35,818 nt of DNA from Rozella allomycis CSF55 (Eukaryota): positions 1 to 35,818 of the forward strand of contig KE560649.1 of assembly GCA_000442015.1 (NCBI GenBank), read 5' to 3'. The translations under genes and the position numbers were made by a program. Below are positions 1 to 10,076 of the stretch, one piece after another (positions within the stretch are counted from its first letter, which is position 1; the number at the start of each line of letters is the position of its first letter). Below the pieces are notes generated by a model. The model did not search any database. It was not told where the DNA came from and saw only the letters and a program-made list of their open reading frames with translations.

Positions 1-243
1 TGATATTAACGTTTAATACAACGTAAATTTTAAACTGTCATGAAGCAACAAATTAAGTAGGCAAATACCTTGGTGAGTCGAGCTCTTTATTTCGTTTAAA
101 GGTTGATAAGTATATACAAATAAAAAAATCGTTAATAGGAAATTCTACAGAAAATTCACAGTATTCAGGGAATCTGGTGTACCCTAGAATGAGCTGAAAC
201 AGTTACCATAGTCCTTGAATCGAAACATGACAACAGTCTATGA

Positions 244-425
244 NNNNNNNNNNNNNNNNNNNNNNNNNNNNNNNNNNNNNNNNNNNNNNNNNNNNNNNNN
301 NNNNNNNNNNNNNNNNNNNNNNNNNNNNNNNNNNNNNNNNNNNNNNNNNNNNNNNNNNNNNNNNNNNNNNNNNNNNNNNNNNNNNNNNNNNNNNNNNNNN
401 NNNNNNNNNNNNNNNNNNNNNNNNN
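244..425. other. Assembly gap (N run) hiding the 5' end of the deacetylase gene
   Basis: Run of N in the sequence. Confidence 0.99.
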
Positions 426-1811
426 TTCTTGACGAGCAGCATCTCCTCATACTCTTGTGATCCTTCAACATGTGTTCTTCCAACTTGTCACTGCGCTAGC
501 ACTACACCACCTCTAAATATGGACCCAAAAACATTGCCTCAATTTATAGTGCTTACTTTTGATGATGCAGTCACTCAATATATTCTTGAAGGCGGTGTCA
601 ACAAAGTCCTGTTGAACCAAACCAACAATTTCGGGTGCCCGGTGCCTGCCACGTTTTACGTGTCTATTCAATACACGGATTTCTATTTATTGCAAGTCCT
701 AAAGCAACAAGGGCATGAGATTGCTATCCACACTGTAAATCATGTCGGCAATCCCTCTGAGCAAGAAATTACAAGATGCAGAGATGCTATTAACAAATGG
801 ACTGGGAATGCCATTAAAACAGAAGATATGGTTGGATTTAGGGCTCCATTTTTGCAATTAAACGTCAATACTGTGGATGCATTGAAAAAGAACTCGTTTC
901 TGTACGATTCTAGTGTTCCTGCTGATTATGAAGCCAACAACATTTGGCCGTACACCTTAGATAACGGCTATGTTCAAACTAAATGCGACAATGAAATATG
1001 TAAAGGTTTTGGAAAGTTTCCTGGATTATGGAATGTTCCTATGTGGAATATTTATAGTACTTCGAATGCACGATTGACCAGTATGGATTATGTTGACAAC
1101 GATATGTACGGCTCATTTATGAAGACTTTCAATGAAAAATACAATGGGAATCGTTCGCCAATGGGAATCTTCTTGCACCCTGCGTGGTTAATAGGATCAG
1201 ATGATAACGTCCGTGCTTTAAATAAATTCATTAAAGAGGTAACGAAGAAAGATGATGTATTTTTTGTTACTAATCGACAGTTGATTGAATACATGAAGAA
1301 TCCAGTTACTTTTGACAAAGTTAAAGAATCAATTAAGGGTGAAGGTGAATGTATTAATGGAATGCGATATCCTTTACAGGTCACAGACGGTGATGTTTGT
1401 GATGGAGCAGACAACAACCGTAATGGTATTATTGATGAAAATGGGATAACACAATGTGTTTACTCTTCATGTACTATTAGAACATGCTTAAAAGAATGTC
1501 CAGCGGATATTCCAAGATACGACAATGTATTTCCTTCTCCAAAACAAGGTCAATGCTCAATACAAAAAGGCCTTACATTAACTGCGAACCAATTATCTCC
1601 GGTGGGAGAAAATCCATATCAAAAGGCCGGAAAAATATATAAGGAAGGCACTTATTCTAACAATAAGCGCAATGAAGACGATATTTCCGACGCAGGTCAG
1701 AGTGTTGCCTCTTATAATGTTAACATTGATACTTCAAATGCTGAATCCAAAAAGCCTTTAGCTTTTTTAATGGTACTTGGGTTTTTGATCTTGTTTCCAC
1801 TTCGGCAATAA
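426..1811 (+). CDS. Polysaccharide/chitin deacetylase-like protein (CE4, CDA-like), probably secreted and GPI-anchored; 5' end in gap
   Basis: CE4 motifs TFDDA, HEIAIHTVNH, GFRAPFL, LYDSS, WPYTLD, FLHPAWL; N-terminal CDPSTCVLPTCHCAS typical of this subfamily; Cys-rich C-terminal region and hydrophobic C-terminus (LAFLMVLGFLILFPL). Confidence 0.9.
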   Translation, partial: FLTSSISSYSCDPSTCVLPTCHCASTTPPLNMDPKTLPQFIVLTFDDAVTQYILEGGVNKVLLNQTNNFGCPVPATFYVSIQYTDFYLLQVLKQQGHEIAIHTVNHVGNPSEQEITRCRDAINKWTGNAIKTEDMVGFRAPFLQLNVNTVDALKKNSFLYDSSVPADYEANNIWPYTLDNGYVQTKCDNEICKGFGKFPGLWNVPMWNIYSTSNARLTSMDYVDNDMYGSFMKTFNEKYNGNRSPMGIFLHPAWLIGSDDNVRALNKFIKEVTKKDDVFFVTNRQLIEYMKNPVTFDKVKESIKGEGECINGMRYPLQVTDGDVCDGADNNRNGIIDENGITQCVYSSCTIRTCLKECPADIPRYDNVFPSPKQGQCSIQKGLTLTANQLSPVGENPYQKAGKIYKEGTYSNNKRNEDDISDAGQSVASYNVNIDTSNAESKKPLAFLMVLGFLILFPLRQ

Positions 1812-2129
1812 TGATGTCACCTTCTATTTATAATAAATTATGGTTTCTTATTACATTGCGTTGAATAGTTTCTTGAAACTTGAGTGCTAGACCAAGGTAT
1901 TCTCCCTATATACTTATCGTCTATTTATAATGAGATTTATAATTTTCAATCATCAAAGATCAGTTGATTGGTTGTGCCTAAATTAAAGCAAAAAATGAAT
2001 TGATCAACTTGTAAAGAATATATAGATCGTAAATATATCCTCATTTCTATTATTATATGAATTATCATTGGGAGACGGATAAAAATAGTGCCACAAGAAA
2101 TGGCCCCCTTTTTCTTCCCCTTGATTCAA

Positions 2130-3161
2130 ATGTTGAAACATTGGAACTTGTGTTTTATTGTCGTTTTAGTACAAAATGTACTAGGTCAGATTACGCAGGC
2201 AGTACCAGATGTGCTGGACGTGCAAAATGCAAAATTTATGTATACGTCGTCCTCGGTGTTAACAGCATCTATATTTCCTATCCAAGGTGATGGTTTTGAT
2301 CTGGATGGACTTATTTCCGAAACTAAAAAGATGTCTTCGAACACTGGAAATGAGATTTCCGTTGTTCTTAGCGTAATGCAAACCGTCATAGGTCAAACTG
2401 GTGCTAAGAATGTCCAAAACTGTTTGAAAGCTGTTGAAAGTACTAACACCATCGCTTTAGTTGACTGTAACTCAAAGCCTACTGTGTGGAATATGTCCAT
2501 TAACAATGACCAGACAGTTACTATTTCTTATAAGTCATCCTCATCTTCGAACTCTGTGTCGTTTTTGGGCACCTCAACTAAGTTAAGTGAAGGGAAAAAT
2601 GATGTTCCTCTTACAATAATCAAAACACCATCATATTCTTTATGGGCTTTACACCATCAAGAATTAGGATACGTATTCTTTTTTGTCTTCCGTGGTTCAA
2701 AAACTTCTTCTGGTCCAAATTCTAATGCCAGCAATTCTGTAAACTGTCAAGGAAATGGCTCTCTCTTACAATATTTTCAAAATGGGGAAATTAAAGGTAA
2801 ATGTACAAAATCCGATGAAGATTTGGTAAAAGCAAAGAGTGCATATGTTTTCCATAGCAGTAAACGATGTTTGGCTCCTGTAAGTCAGTTTCCTCCTTCT
2901 CAAAACGTCAATTACTTTTTGATCCATGTTTATTGTGGTAAAAACGGATCTGAATTAGATACTGTTGCTTGGAAAATAGCAAGCAAAGGGGATAGGAAGT
3001 ACGAAGTCTCAATTGGTACTTCAGGAAAAGATTTCTGTCTGGGAAATAACTTTATCCTAATAGACAAGAAGGGAGATTGTCCACTGCATGAACTTAAAGA
3101 AAAGGATGGGGCATGGGTTCTGGATGATTCTAAGGACATAACTTTGGTTCCAATATTATAA
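2130..3161 (+). CDS. Secreted protein with two ricin-B/beta-trefoil-like modules
   Basis: Intronless ORF; signal-peptide-like MLKHWNLCFIVVLVQNVLGQ from ATG 2130; repeated CL...C...W pattern (NCLKAV..LVDCNSKPTVWNM; RCLAP..VYCG..VAWKI..FCLG). Fold call is inferred. Confidence 0.65.
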   Translation: MLKHWNLCFIVVLVQNVLGQITQAVPDVLDVQNAKFMYTSSSVLTASIFPIQGDGFDLDGLISETKKMSSNTGNEISVVLSVMQTVIGQTGAKNVQNCLKAVESTNTIALVDCNSKPTVWNMSINNDQTVTISYKSSSSSNSVSFLGTSTKLSEGKNDVPLTIIKTPSYSLWALHHQELGYVFFFVFRGSKTSSGPNSNASNSVNCQGNGSLLQYFQNGEIKGKCTKSDEDLVKAKSAYVFHSSKRCLAPVSQFPPSQNVNYFLIHVYCGKNGSELDTVAWKIASKGDRKYEVSIGTSGKDFCLGNNFILIDKKGDCPLHELKEKDGAWVLDDSKDITLVPIL

Positions 3162-3200
3162 TAAACTATGTAACTTTCAAATTAATATATTCTAATCACT

Positions 3201-3224
3201 NNNNNNNNNNNNNNNNNNNNNNNN
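3201..3224. other. Assembly gap (N run)
   Basis: Run of N in the sequence. Confidence 0.99.
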
Positions 3225-3445
3225 TGTGATGTAAACGCCTCAATATATTTTGATTCCAACCAATATTTAGATCTCCCTAGAGTTTTTCATGACGAGCGAC
3301 GACGTGTTGAGACTCTATACCAAGATTGTTGGAAGATTTTCAAACATTGGTTCCAAATTTTGTTGAAAGAAATGGATTCTTTTCATTTCCACATACCTAT
3401 ATTTAGAAACAGGGTGTAAAAACATTTCAAACCCCCTTTTGTAAC

Positions 3446-4006
3446 ATGTTCAAGCTCTTAATAGTTTTGATCTGCTTAAAGTTGTCTGTCAGTTATCCGA
3501 TTCCAAATGATCCTCCTGCTGCAAGTGGAGACAATGGATCGACCGTATTTATTTTTAACGATGGTCAAACAAGTCAAACTGAGCAAAAGATAAATTCCTT
3601 CAAGGACGTTTTGACCGCTATAAATAACAAGAACCCTTTCCCAGCCTTGATTAAAATACCTGGTGCCATTGATGTAAAGACGGGCCAATGTTTAATTGGG
3701 GGATGGAAAGAGGATGGCAAAAATACTGTACTAGGAATGATGCCTTGCGAACTAAATCATTCATCAAGAAGCCAGAATGTCTGGACTGTTCAGGTGTTGG
3801 GTGGCAATGATGTGCAGATATGGGTTAGTGATGAATCTTCCAAGCTATGCCTAAATAAGAATGGATCGTTAACTCAGAAGGCAATTAAAGAAGAATGTGA
3901 GATGGTTCCTTTGTCGAAATCTTTCAAAATGGGACAGAATGAAGTGAATGAATGGAATCTTCGTATAAGCGACATAACGTTCCATTTAGTACCAATTAAA
4001 AAATAA
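3446..4006 (+). CDS. Small secreted ricin-B/beta-trefoil-like protein, paralogue of the upstream gene
   Basis: Signal peptide MFKLLIVLICLKLSVS; TGQCL..LGMMPC..SQNVW..SKLCL pattern; C-terminus DITFHLVPIKK resembles DITLVPIL of the upstream gene. Confidence 0.7.
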   Translation: MFKLLIVLICLKLSVSYPIPNDPPAASGDNGSTVFIFNDGQTSQTEQKINSFKDVLTAINNKNPFPALIKIPGAIDVKTGQCLIGGWKEDGKNTVLGMMPCELNHSSRSQNVWTVQVLGGNDVQIWVSDESSKLCLNKNGSLTQKAIKEECEMVPLSKSFKMGQNEVNEWNLRISDITFHLVPIKK

Positions 4007-4086
4007 ATTTGTAACCCTATTTTATACATGTAACGACTGAATTCTCCCTTCAATGTCGTAATTTTTCGAAATTTCAAGGTTATATC

Positions 4087-4846
4087 ATGTATAGTTTAGT
4101 CGATCAATTCGATAGAGCGGTTAAATTTCTGAAGGAATTACCGCAAGATACCGAGATTGAGCCTACGAACGATGAAAAACTCAAAGTAAATCATTCAAGT
4201 AAATGATAGCAGCTGTATGGCGCGTACAAACAAGCCACTTCCGGTTCGTGTAATATAGCCAAACCCCCATTTTGGGATATTGTTGCAAAATCTAAGTGGT
4301 AGACAAATTTTACTTAGGGTATAGGGATGCTTGGTCAGACATGAGCACGAAGTCCAGAGATCAGGCAATGGAAACCTACGTCGACGTTTTCATTCAAGTA
4401 ATATATGCAAAATTTAAAGGGAAAGTTACTTAAAAGATATCCGAAGGATCTTCAACCAATTGAATTCAATGAACAACTGGAGTCCAATGTTAATCCCGCA
4501 GTGGCAGTGGAATTTACAGATTCGAAAGTCGCGGTCGATGTAAAACCAAGTATTTTTTAAAAAATATTGAAAAGACCTGTAGAATCCGAGGACTTGAAAG
4601 CAGAAATTATTGTAACATTGAAACAATCAATTGATAGCTTGCAACAGAGAATACAAAAATTAGAGGACCTTTCTGGAAAAAATAGAATTAACAAAGCTCA
4701 TAATAAGACAAAGGTTAGATTTTTACTAATTTCATTACAAGGCTATTTGTAGACTATTTTTTGGGTTCCTTTTTCTTTTGGCATTCTACTTTAACCGTTT
4801 CAAAGTTTTAAAGATTATAAATCAAATTTTGAGCAATAATAAATAA
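4087..4846 (+). CDS. Acyl-CoA-binding protein with coiled coil and C-terminal TM (ACBD4/5, Atg37-like); multi-exon
   Basis: Manual splicing gives MYSLVDQFDRAVKFLKELP..PTNDEKLK/LYGAYKQATSGSCNIAKPPFWDIVAKSKW/DAW (ACBP signature), a coiled coil (LKQSIDSLQQRIQKLE) and TM LFFGFLFLLAFYF. Largely missed by the ORF track. Confidence 0.88.
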
Positions 4847-4862
4847 AATTCTTCCAGTTAAC

Positions 4863-6531
4863 ATGAACAATTTTGGCTTTTACAATGGCTTAGCAATGGC
4901 TGTTGATGATTTATTCGAAACTGCTATAAAGGAGGCTCAAAAGTTTCCATCTAAAGCATTTCCATTAAGGTTAGAAGGTTTATATATAAAATACTGCAAC
5001 GATATCGAAATTCCTTGCCAAAGCTTTTACGTGTTTAGACAAAGTGGATTCATCGCCGATAAAGTCGCCAGGTACAATATTGAATTCAGTTTTACAGATA
5101 TCTTTTATCGCTTTATAACACAACTTATCTTCAAAAGACAAATATTCCCTGTTTTGTACAAACTGAGGAGCATTTAATAGGCACACATTATAAAGGTAAA
5201 TGTAAAGAATGTAAATAAAAGATGAAGAAAAGTGTTTCTACATATATGATTCTATATTGCGCTCCAATGTAGTCACTTTGGAAAGTATTTCCTTGACTGG
5301 AGAATACTTTATGCACAAAAGTATAATACCTGTCACATCATCGTACAATGTAAAACAATATATTTGAATAAATAGAAATCCAATATCGAGCTATTTTGTA
5401 AATGGAAGTCACATTGCGGCGAGATTGAAAAGCCATCAATTTCTTGTGATTGGTGTATTGTAAGGAAATAGCTCATTATAAATAAGAACATTATTCATTT
5501 TAATGGAATGGATGATCCCAAAAGCAATAATTGTACAGAAAATATTAGGAATGAGCTATTAAAACTATCAAGCCTAGCGAGTGGTAGTTTTACCGGATGC
5601 CAATCGGTTTCTGATGAAATTGATGACTACATGAGCTGTTTGAAAGATTCAAGCTCTATCTGTGCATCAAAGAAATCTGCGACATTAAGCTTTGAGAAAT
5701 TGGAAGAAAGAAGTGATCTTGATTTTACTGAAAAGATTTGGGTACTATTGAAAGGTAATAAAATAATTTAATGTCTAAATAGATTGCGTTGATGATCAAG
5801 ATTTGAAGGCATCGTTTGGAAAGGTAATGTATTTTCTTTTGGAGAATGATTATCATCCGCATGTACAAAACATAACGACTTCCATATAGATTAAAAGGGA
5901 AAATAACACAAAGTTTGCTTCGAAGCTTCGTGCGATTACCAATAACAAGGGGAATTCAGTCGATGTGAATGAAATCATTGACGACATAATTGACAATTGT
6001 TTTAATTATCTGCTGGAAATAGGAATTCACAAATTATTTAATGATTATTATTTTTATTTAATAACTCAAAATTTTCTCCAATTAAACAGCGTTTCTGGAT
6101 TTAACACTCTGGACTATTCATCAAAACTAAAGCTTCTATTTATTCTTCATAGAGTTTTAGAAGTTTGGACTTTTGCTTCAAATAATATTTTAACGTTACC
6201 AGATTCAATTAAAAGAGAGCTTGTTGAAAAGAGTTTTGATTTCTTTAAACAAAATTCACCATCAGATGCATTCGAATATCGCTACAATTCCNCAGATGCA
6301 TTCGAATACCGCTACAATTCCAATCCAATGTCTTCAGTAGATCAAAATATATTGGGAACGTTAATTAATTGTTCAGATTGGACAAAATACTCTTTGACAA
6401 TGTTTAACAAGAACAAGATTCCATTGGAAAGCATTTTGATAAAGAAACAAGTTCAATTTTCACTGGAAGAAAACATGGACACGCCAGACCTTTTGTATGA
6501 TATTCAGCACATGACTAGCCACACACTTTAA
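4863..6531 (+). CDS. ZWILCH: Zwilch-like kinetochore RZZ complex subunit; multi-exon
   Basis: RSDLDFTEKIW, LLEIGIHKLFNDY, LHRVLEV and FFKQN match, in order, the human Zwilch C-terminal motifs as recalled (RSDLDFAEQLW, LLEIGLDKLKKDY, LHHILEI, YYKQN). 5' exon structure approximate. Confidence 0.8.
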
Positions 6532-6572
6532 AAATAAATAATTCATTTGTATTTAAATTATTTTATTTCTAT

Positions 6573-8683
6573 TTATGCCCAAATGTCTCTTAAATATCGT
6601 TTTTGGTTAACTAAATTGTTTAACCATTCAATGGCATGCTTTATATCCATACCACCAAATTTCATCGCAATCTCAATCAACGCATCATTAACATCTTTGG
6701 CCATGTTTTTCGCATCACTTAAATTATTATACTTTGACTATTTTACCCACAGACATAAACTGTAGCGTTTCTTTCTTCAATCCATTGAAACAATTCTTTT
6801 CCATGATGGATCATTCTATGTTGAACATATTTGTGCCCTAATGATTTTTCTTGCTCTCTGGAAAAGCAAACGTCATATTTAATCAAGGTCTTATTGTTAA
6901 TGAATCGGTCAATGTCTTGTCTGAACAAATAATCATCATTTTCATATCTACAACCATAAAAGAGCCATGTAAGGCTATCAACTTGCTGTATTTCTTTATG
7001 CCTCAAAAATCCTATAAATGGCGTAACTCCAGTACCAGGGCCAATCATAATTATCGGGGTTTGTTGATCGGATGGTGGATTAAAGAACAGACTTGGTTTT
7101 CTTTCAATGCAAAGCTTATAATCTTTATCTAACAATGTCGTCCACTCGATTGATTTATATGGTAGACTGCCTAGCATTGAGTCGAGCCAAGATGTACACA
7201 ATCCTCCTCTTTTGTATACTTTATCGCTCACATTAAGCTCATTTTCGATTACGTTAAAGGCGAATTCGACACTGCTCTTTGAATCCAATGGTGTACTTGA
7301 AATTGAATACAATCGTGGTTGAAGTGGTGTAAGAGTCTCTATTAAACTTTGAATATTTGGCTTGCAGCTTTCAAAGTGGGCTAAAATGTCTAAAACATTA
7401 ACTGGAATGTCTCTCAATTTTTTGTAATAGTCATTTCCTGTTTAAATTCACATTAAATATTACCTTGTTTGCTACAAAGAAATAAAAGAATGTTCTTCTC
7501 TTCAGGGTCACTACAAAACTCCGCCATTGACCTAAAGAAAGCCTTTTTGGGAAAGGAATGCAAATCAAGTGAATTAGTTAGAAGACCCCTTATAGTATTG
7601 CAACTAATCAAGTGTGAAGGCACTGGTTTTGTTTCAGTTTCTTCACTCCAATTGATTTTGATGTTTTCATCAGGTGACAAGTTTAACCGCCTCATTATTC
7701 TATCAACTAACCGCGAATCGTTGGGGCATNCAACTAACCGGGAATCGTTAGGGCAATGAATAGCAACACAATCACCTGGCATGTATTCCCATTCAGTTTC
7801 TAATTTCAATTTCATGTTGATAGTCTTTTTAATTGCATTTGCTGATGTTAAACATCTTGCTGCTTCAATAGAGCACAATTCTCCCCTTGTTTTATCAATA
7901 GAGTTCCCGCTAGTAGTTTCCGTTGTCGACACTTGAAACAAATTGTTAGGAAGCTTTGCAATATTAGTAAGTTTAGGATAATCTTTTAAAATATCTTTTG
8001 GAATAGGCAAAGGAATACATTCATAATTAGATTCATCAACATGAAGGTTATTAAATTCAGAAACCATCTTTTCACCGTTATTTATATACTCTTCAAGGAT
8101 GACTTTTCCACTATGCACTCTCTTCTCTTTTTCATAATATACCAAATCGTCCAAAACGATAAATAGATTTTCAACCCAGGGATCTACAACTAATTCCAAA
8201 CCTAAATCATCATCTGCTAAACCAGTTTCCATCATGTTTGTCGCTCCAAATTCTATCAGCTTTCTTTCGATTCTCTTTGCGTTATTACAAAAGTTTGCAT
8301 AACTGGAGTCGCCAAGACCAATTAAAATAGAATAACTACCTTACCTAGTAATGCATATTTCATATTTTGGAAAATCTCAGTGTTATCATTTCTTTTGAGG
8401 AATTTGCAAAACTTTAAACAGTTTTCAGGTGGATCTCCTTTCAAACATATCAGTGTTTCTTACCATCTCCGGTTGTTGAAGTAATAAATACGAAAAATGA
8501 ATCGGCGCTCAAGTTGACCTGTAATCATCTCACGACATCACATACTTTTTCGAAATCATCTAAAACAAAACATTCAGACTTAAATCCACGTAGCTTGGCA
8601 ATGTGATTGATATTATTTGCTATCCATTCAGCATTCCCAGTTTGCGAACCATATAAAATAATAACAGAAGACAACAAAGTCAT
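6573..8683 (-). CDS. MTRR: Methionine synthase reductase-like diflavin reductase; multi-exon
   Basis: Flavodoxin ILYGSQTGNAEWIA, STTGDG/DPPEN, LGDSSYANFC, MTRR-type TGLADDDLGLELVVDPW, FAD motif PRLYSISS, NADPH motif MIGPGTGVTPFIGF, C-terminus YLRDIWA. Confidence 0.85.
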
Positions 8684-8724
8684 TGTGGCTGAGGAAAATA
8701 AGCCACAGAGTTTGAGAAGAAGTT

Positions 8725-9951
8725 CTATTTATTTAATTCCATTGAGGCAATGAGATTCTTCAACAAGTTCACTTGATCTAAAGTAAAGAAGGAGTTTAGT
8801 TGTTACGGTTAATATTCTTGTTCATCGGACAATTGTATGCACATTGCTTCCTTCTGCATGGACATATCTTAATCCTATTTAATTTTTCTTCGTAAGTGCT
8901 TTTAAGGGCAAATATATATCGTTTTGAATTTTCCAAAGAATCGGTCACGCGCTTAGGCATATCTGATACTTTCTTTGAATGTTCCACTGTCTTGTTTATG
9001 CCCTTTGATGTCCTTGGTGGCATGATTTTCTCCTTTAACTTTTTATACCTTTCAATTCATTTATTTAGTTTTAAATACCGTTTAATTTCTTCCTTGATTC
9101 GTCTTCTTTCTGCTACTTGCTTTGCATTTGCTCGTTCTTGTTCAAGAAATATCTTCTTTTTCAGCAAGGTTAATTGTTTCTCTGTTTGATTAATTACAAT
9201 ATCAAGGCTGCCTTTTGAATTTAATAGAGCATCCTTGGTAGATTTAAGGGGGTGTATTTCCATTAGAAATGAAACCTTATCAAAATGTCTGAGCTCAATT
9301 ATAACCTATAATACATCTATTACTAACATTGTTGTCTTCGATTTTCTGTTTCGCTACACTGCTTTTAAGATTATAATCTCGCTTTCTGAAATCCTTGATT
9401 AACCTCTTCCGCGCCAAGTTAATGTTGTCCACATTCTGAAGATACAAAATCATCCAAATTACGCGAGAAAATATGTTTGTGATTAATTTCTCATTCGTTG
9501 AGATTTTAGTTGCTGGAAATTGCTCATTCCTAAGTTTAGTCGAATTTTCCTTTCCATTCGCAGAGTTCCACAAAATATTAATCTGCCTAATTTTGGATTC
9601 TTTCTTATACATTCAATTTTAATATCGTACATATTCATTCCAATGCTTAATCCAATGTTGTGTTGCCTTCTCAATCTTCATCTTTAATTCAACATCCCGG
9701 CTATTCTGACGTTTCTTTATCTGTTGTGATCTCTGAACAGTTTCAAGAATTAATAATGATTCCTGTTCGTTCGCCTCATCCTGTTAATTTTTATCTTGGA
9801 TTTTTACAAGAGCAGTGTAGGTGGATGATTGTGCTAAATTACGCTCTGCCTCAAAAAACTTTGTTATTCCATTAACTTCTGAATTCAATTTAAGCTTAGA
9901 AGTTTGGCAAGAAAGTGTTATCGCCGGCATTACGACTTGTGTTGTTGCCAT
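8725..9951 (-). CDS. CCDC15-like centriolar coiled-coil protein; multi-exon
   Basis: Short ORFs join through small GT-AG introns; KKKIFLEQERANAKQ, RYIFALKSTYEEKL and CPC..CAYNCPMNKN resemble the CCDC15 C-terminus as recalled (RRLFMDIEREQ, RYIEALRAQIQEKM, CANNCIFYKN). Confidence 0.62.
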
Positions 9952-10076
9952 CCCTTTTTGAAAATTTCACCTGAGATACAAATAGAAAACAAATGGTAGA
10001 ATTTAGACGTTAGTAGATTCGGCTATTTCATAAAATTAATTCATAATTGATTATTTATTTAAATATACCAAGCTCA

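Noticed and set aside
203..483. ORFs consisting mostly of X
   Set aside because: They only span the N gap.
3225..3440. Short open frames between the two secreted genes
   Set aside because: No recognisable motif or convincing start; adjacent to a gap.
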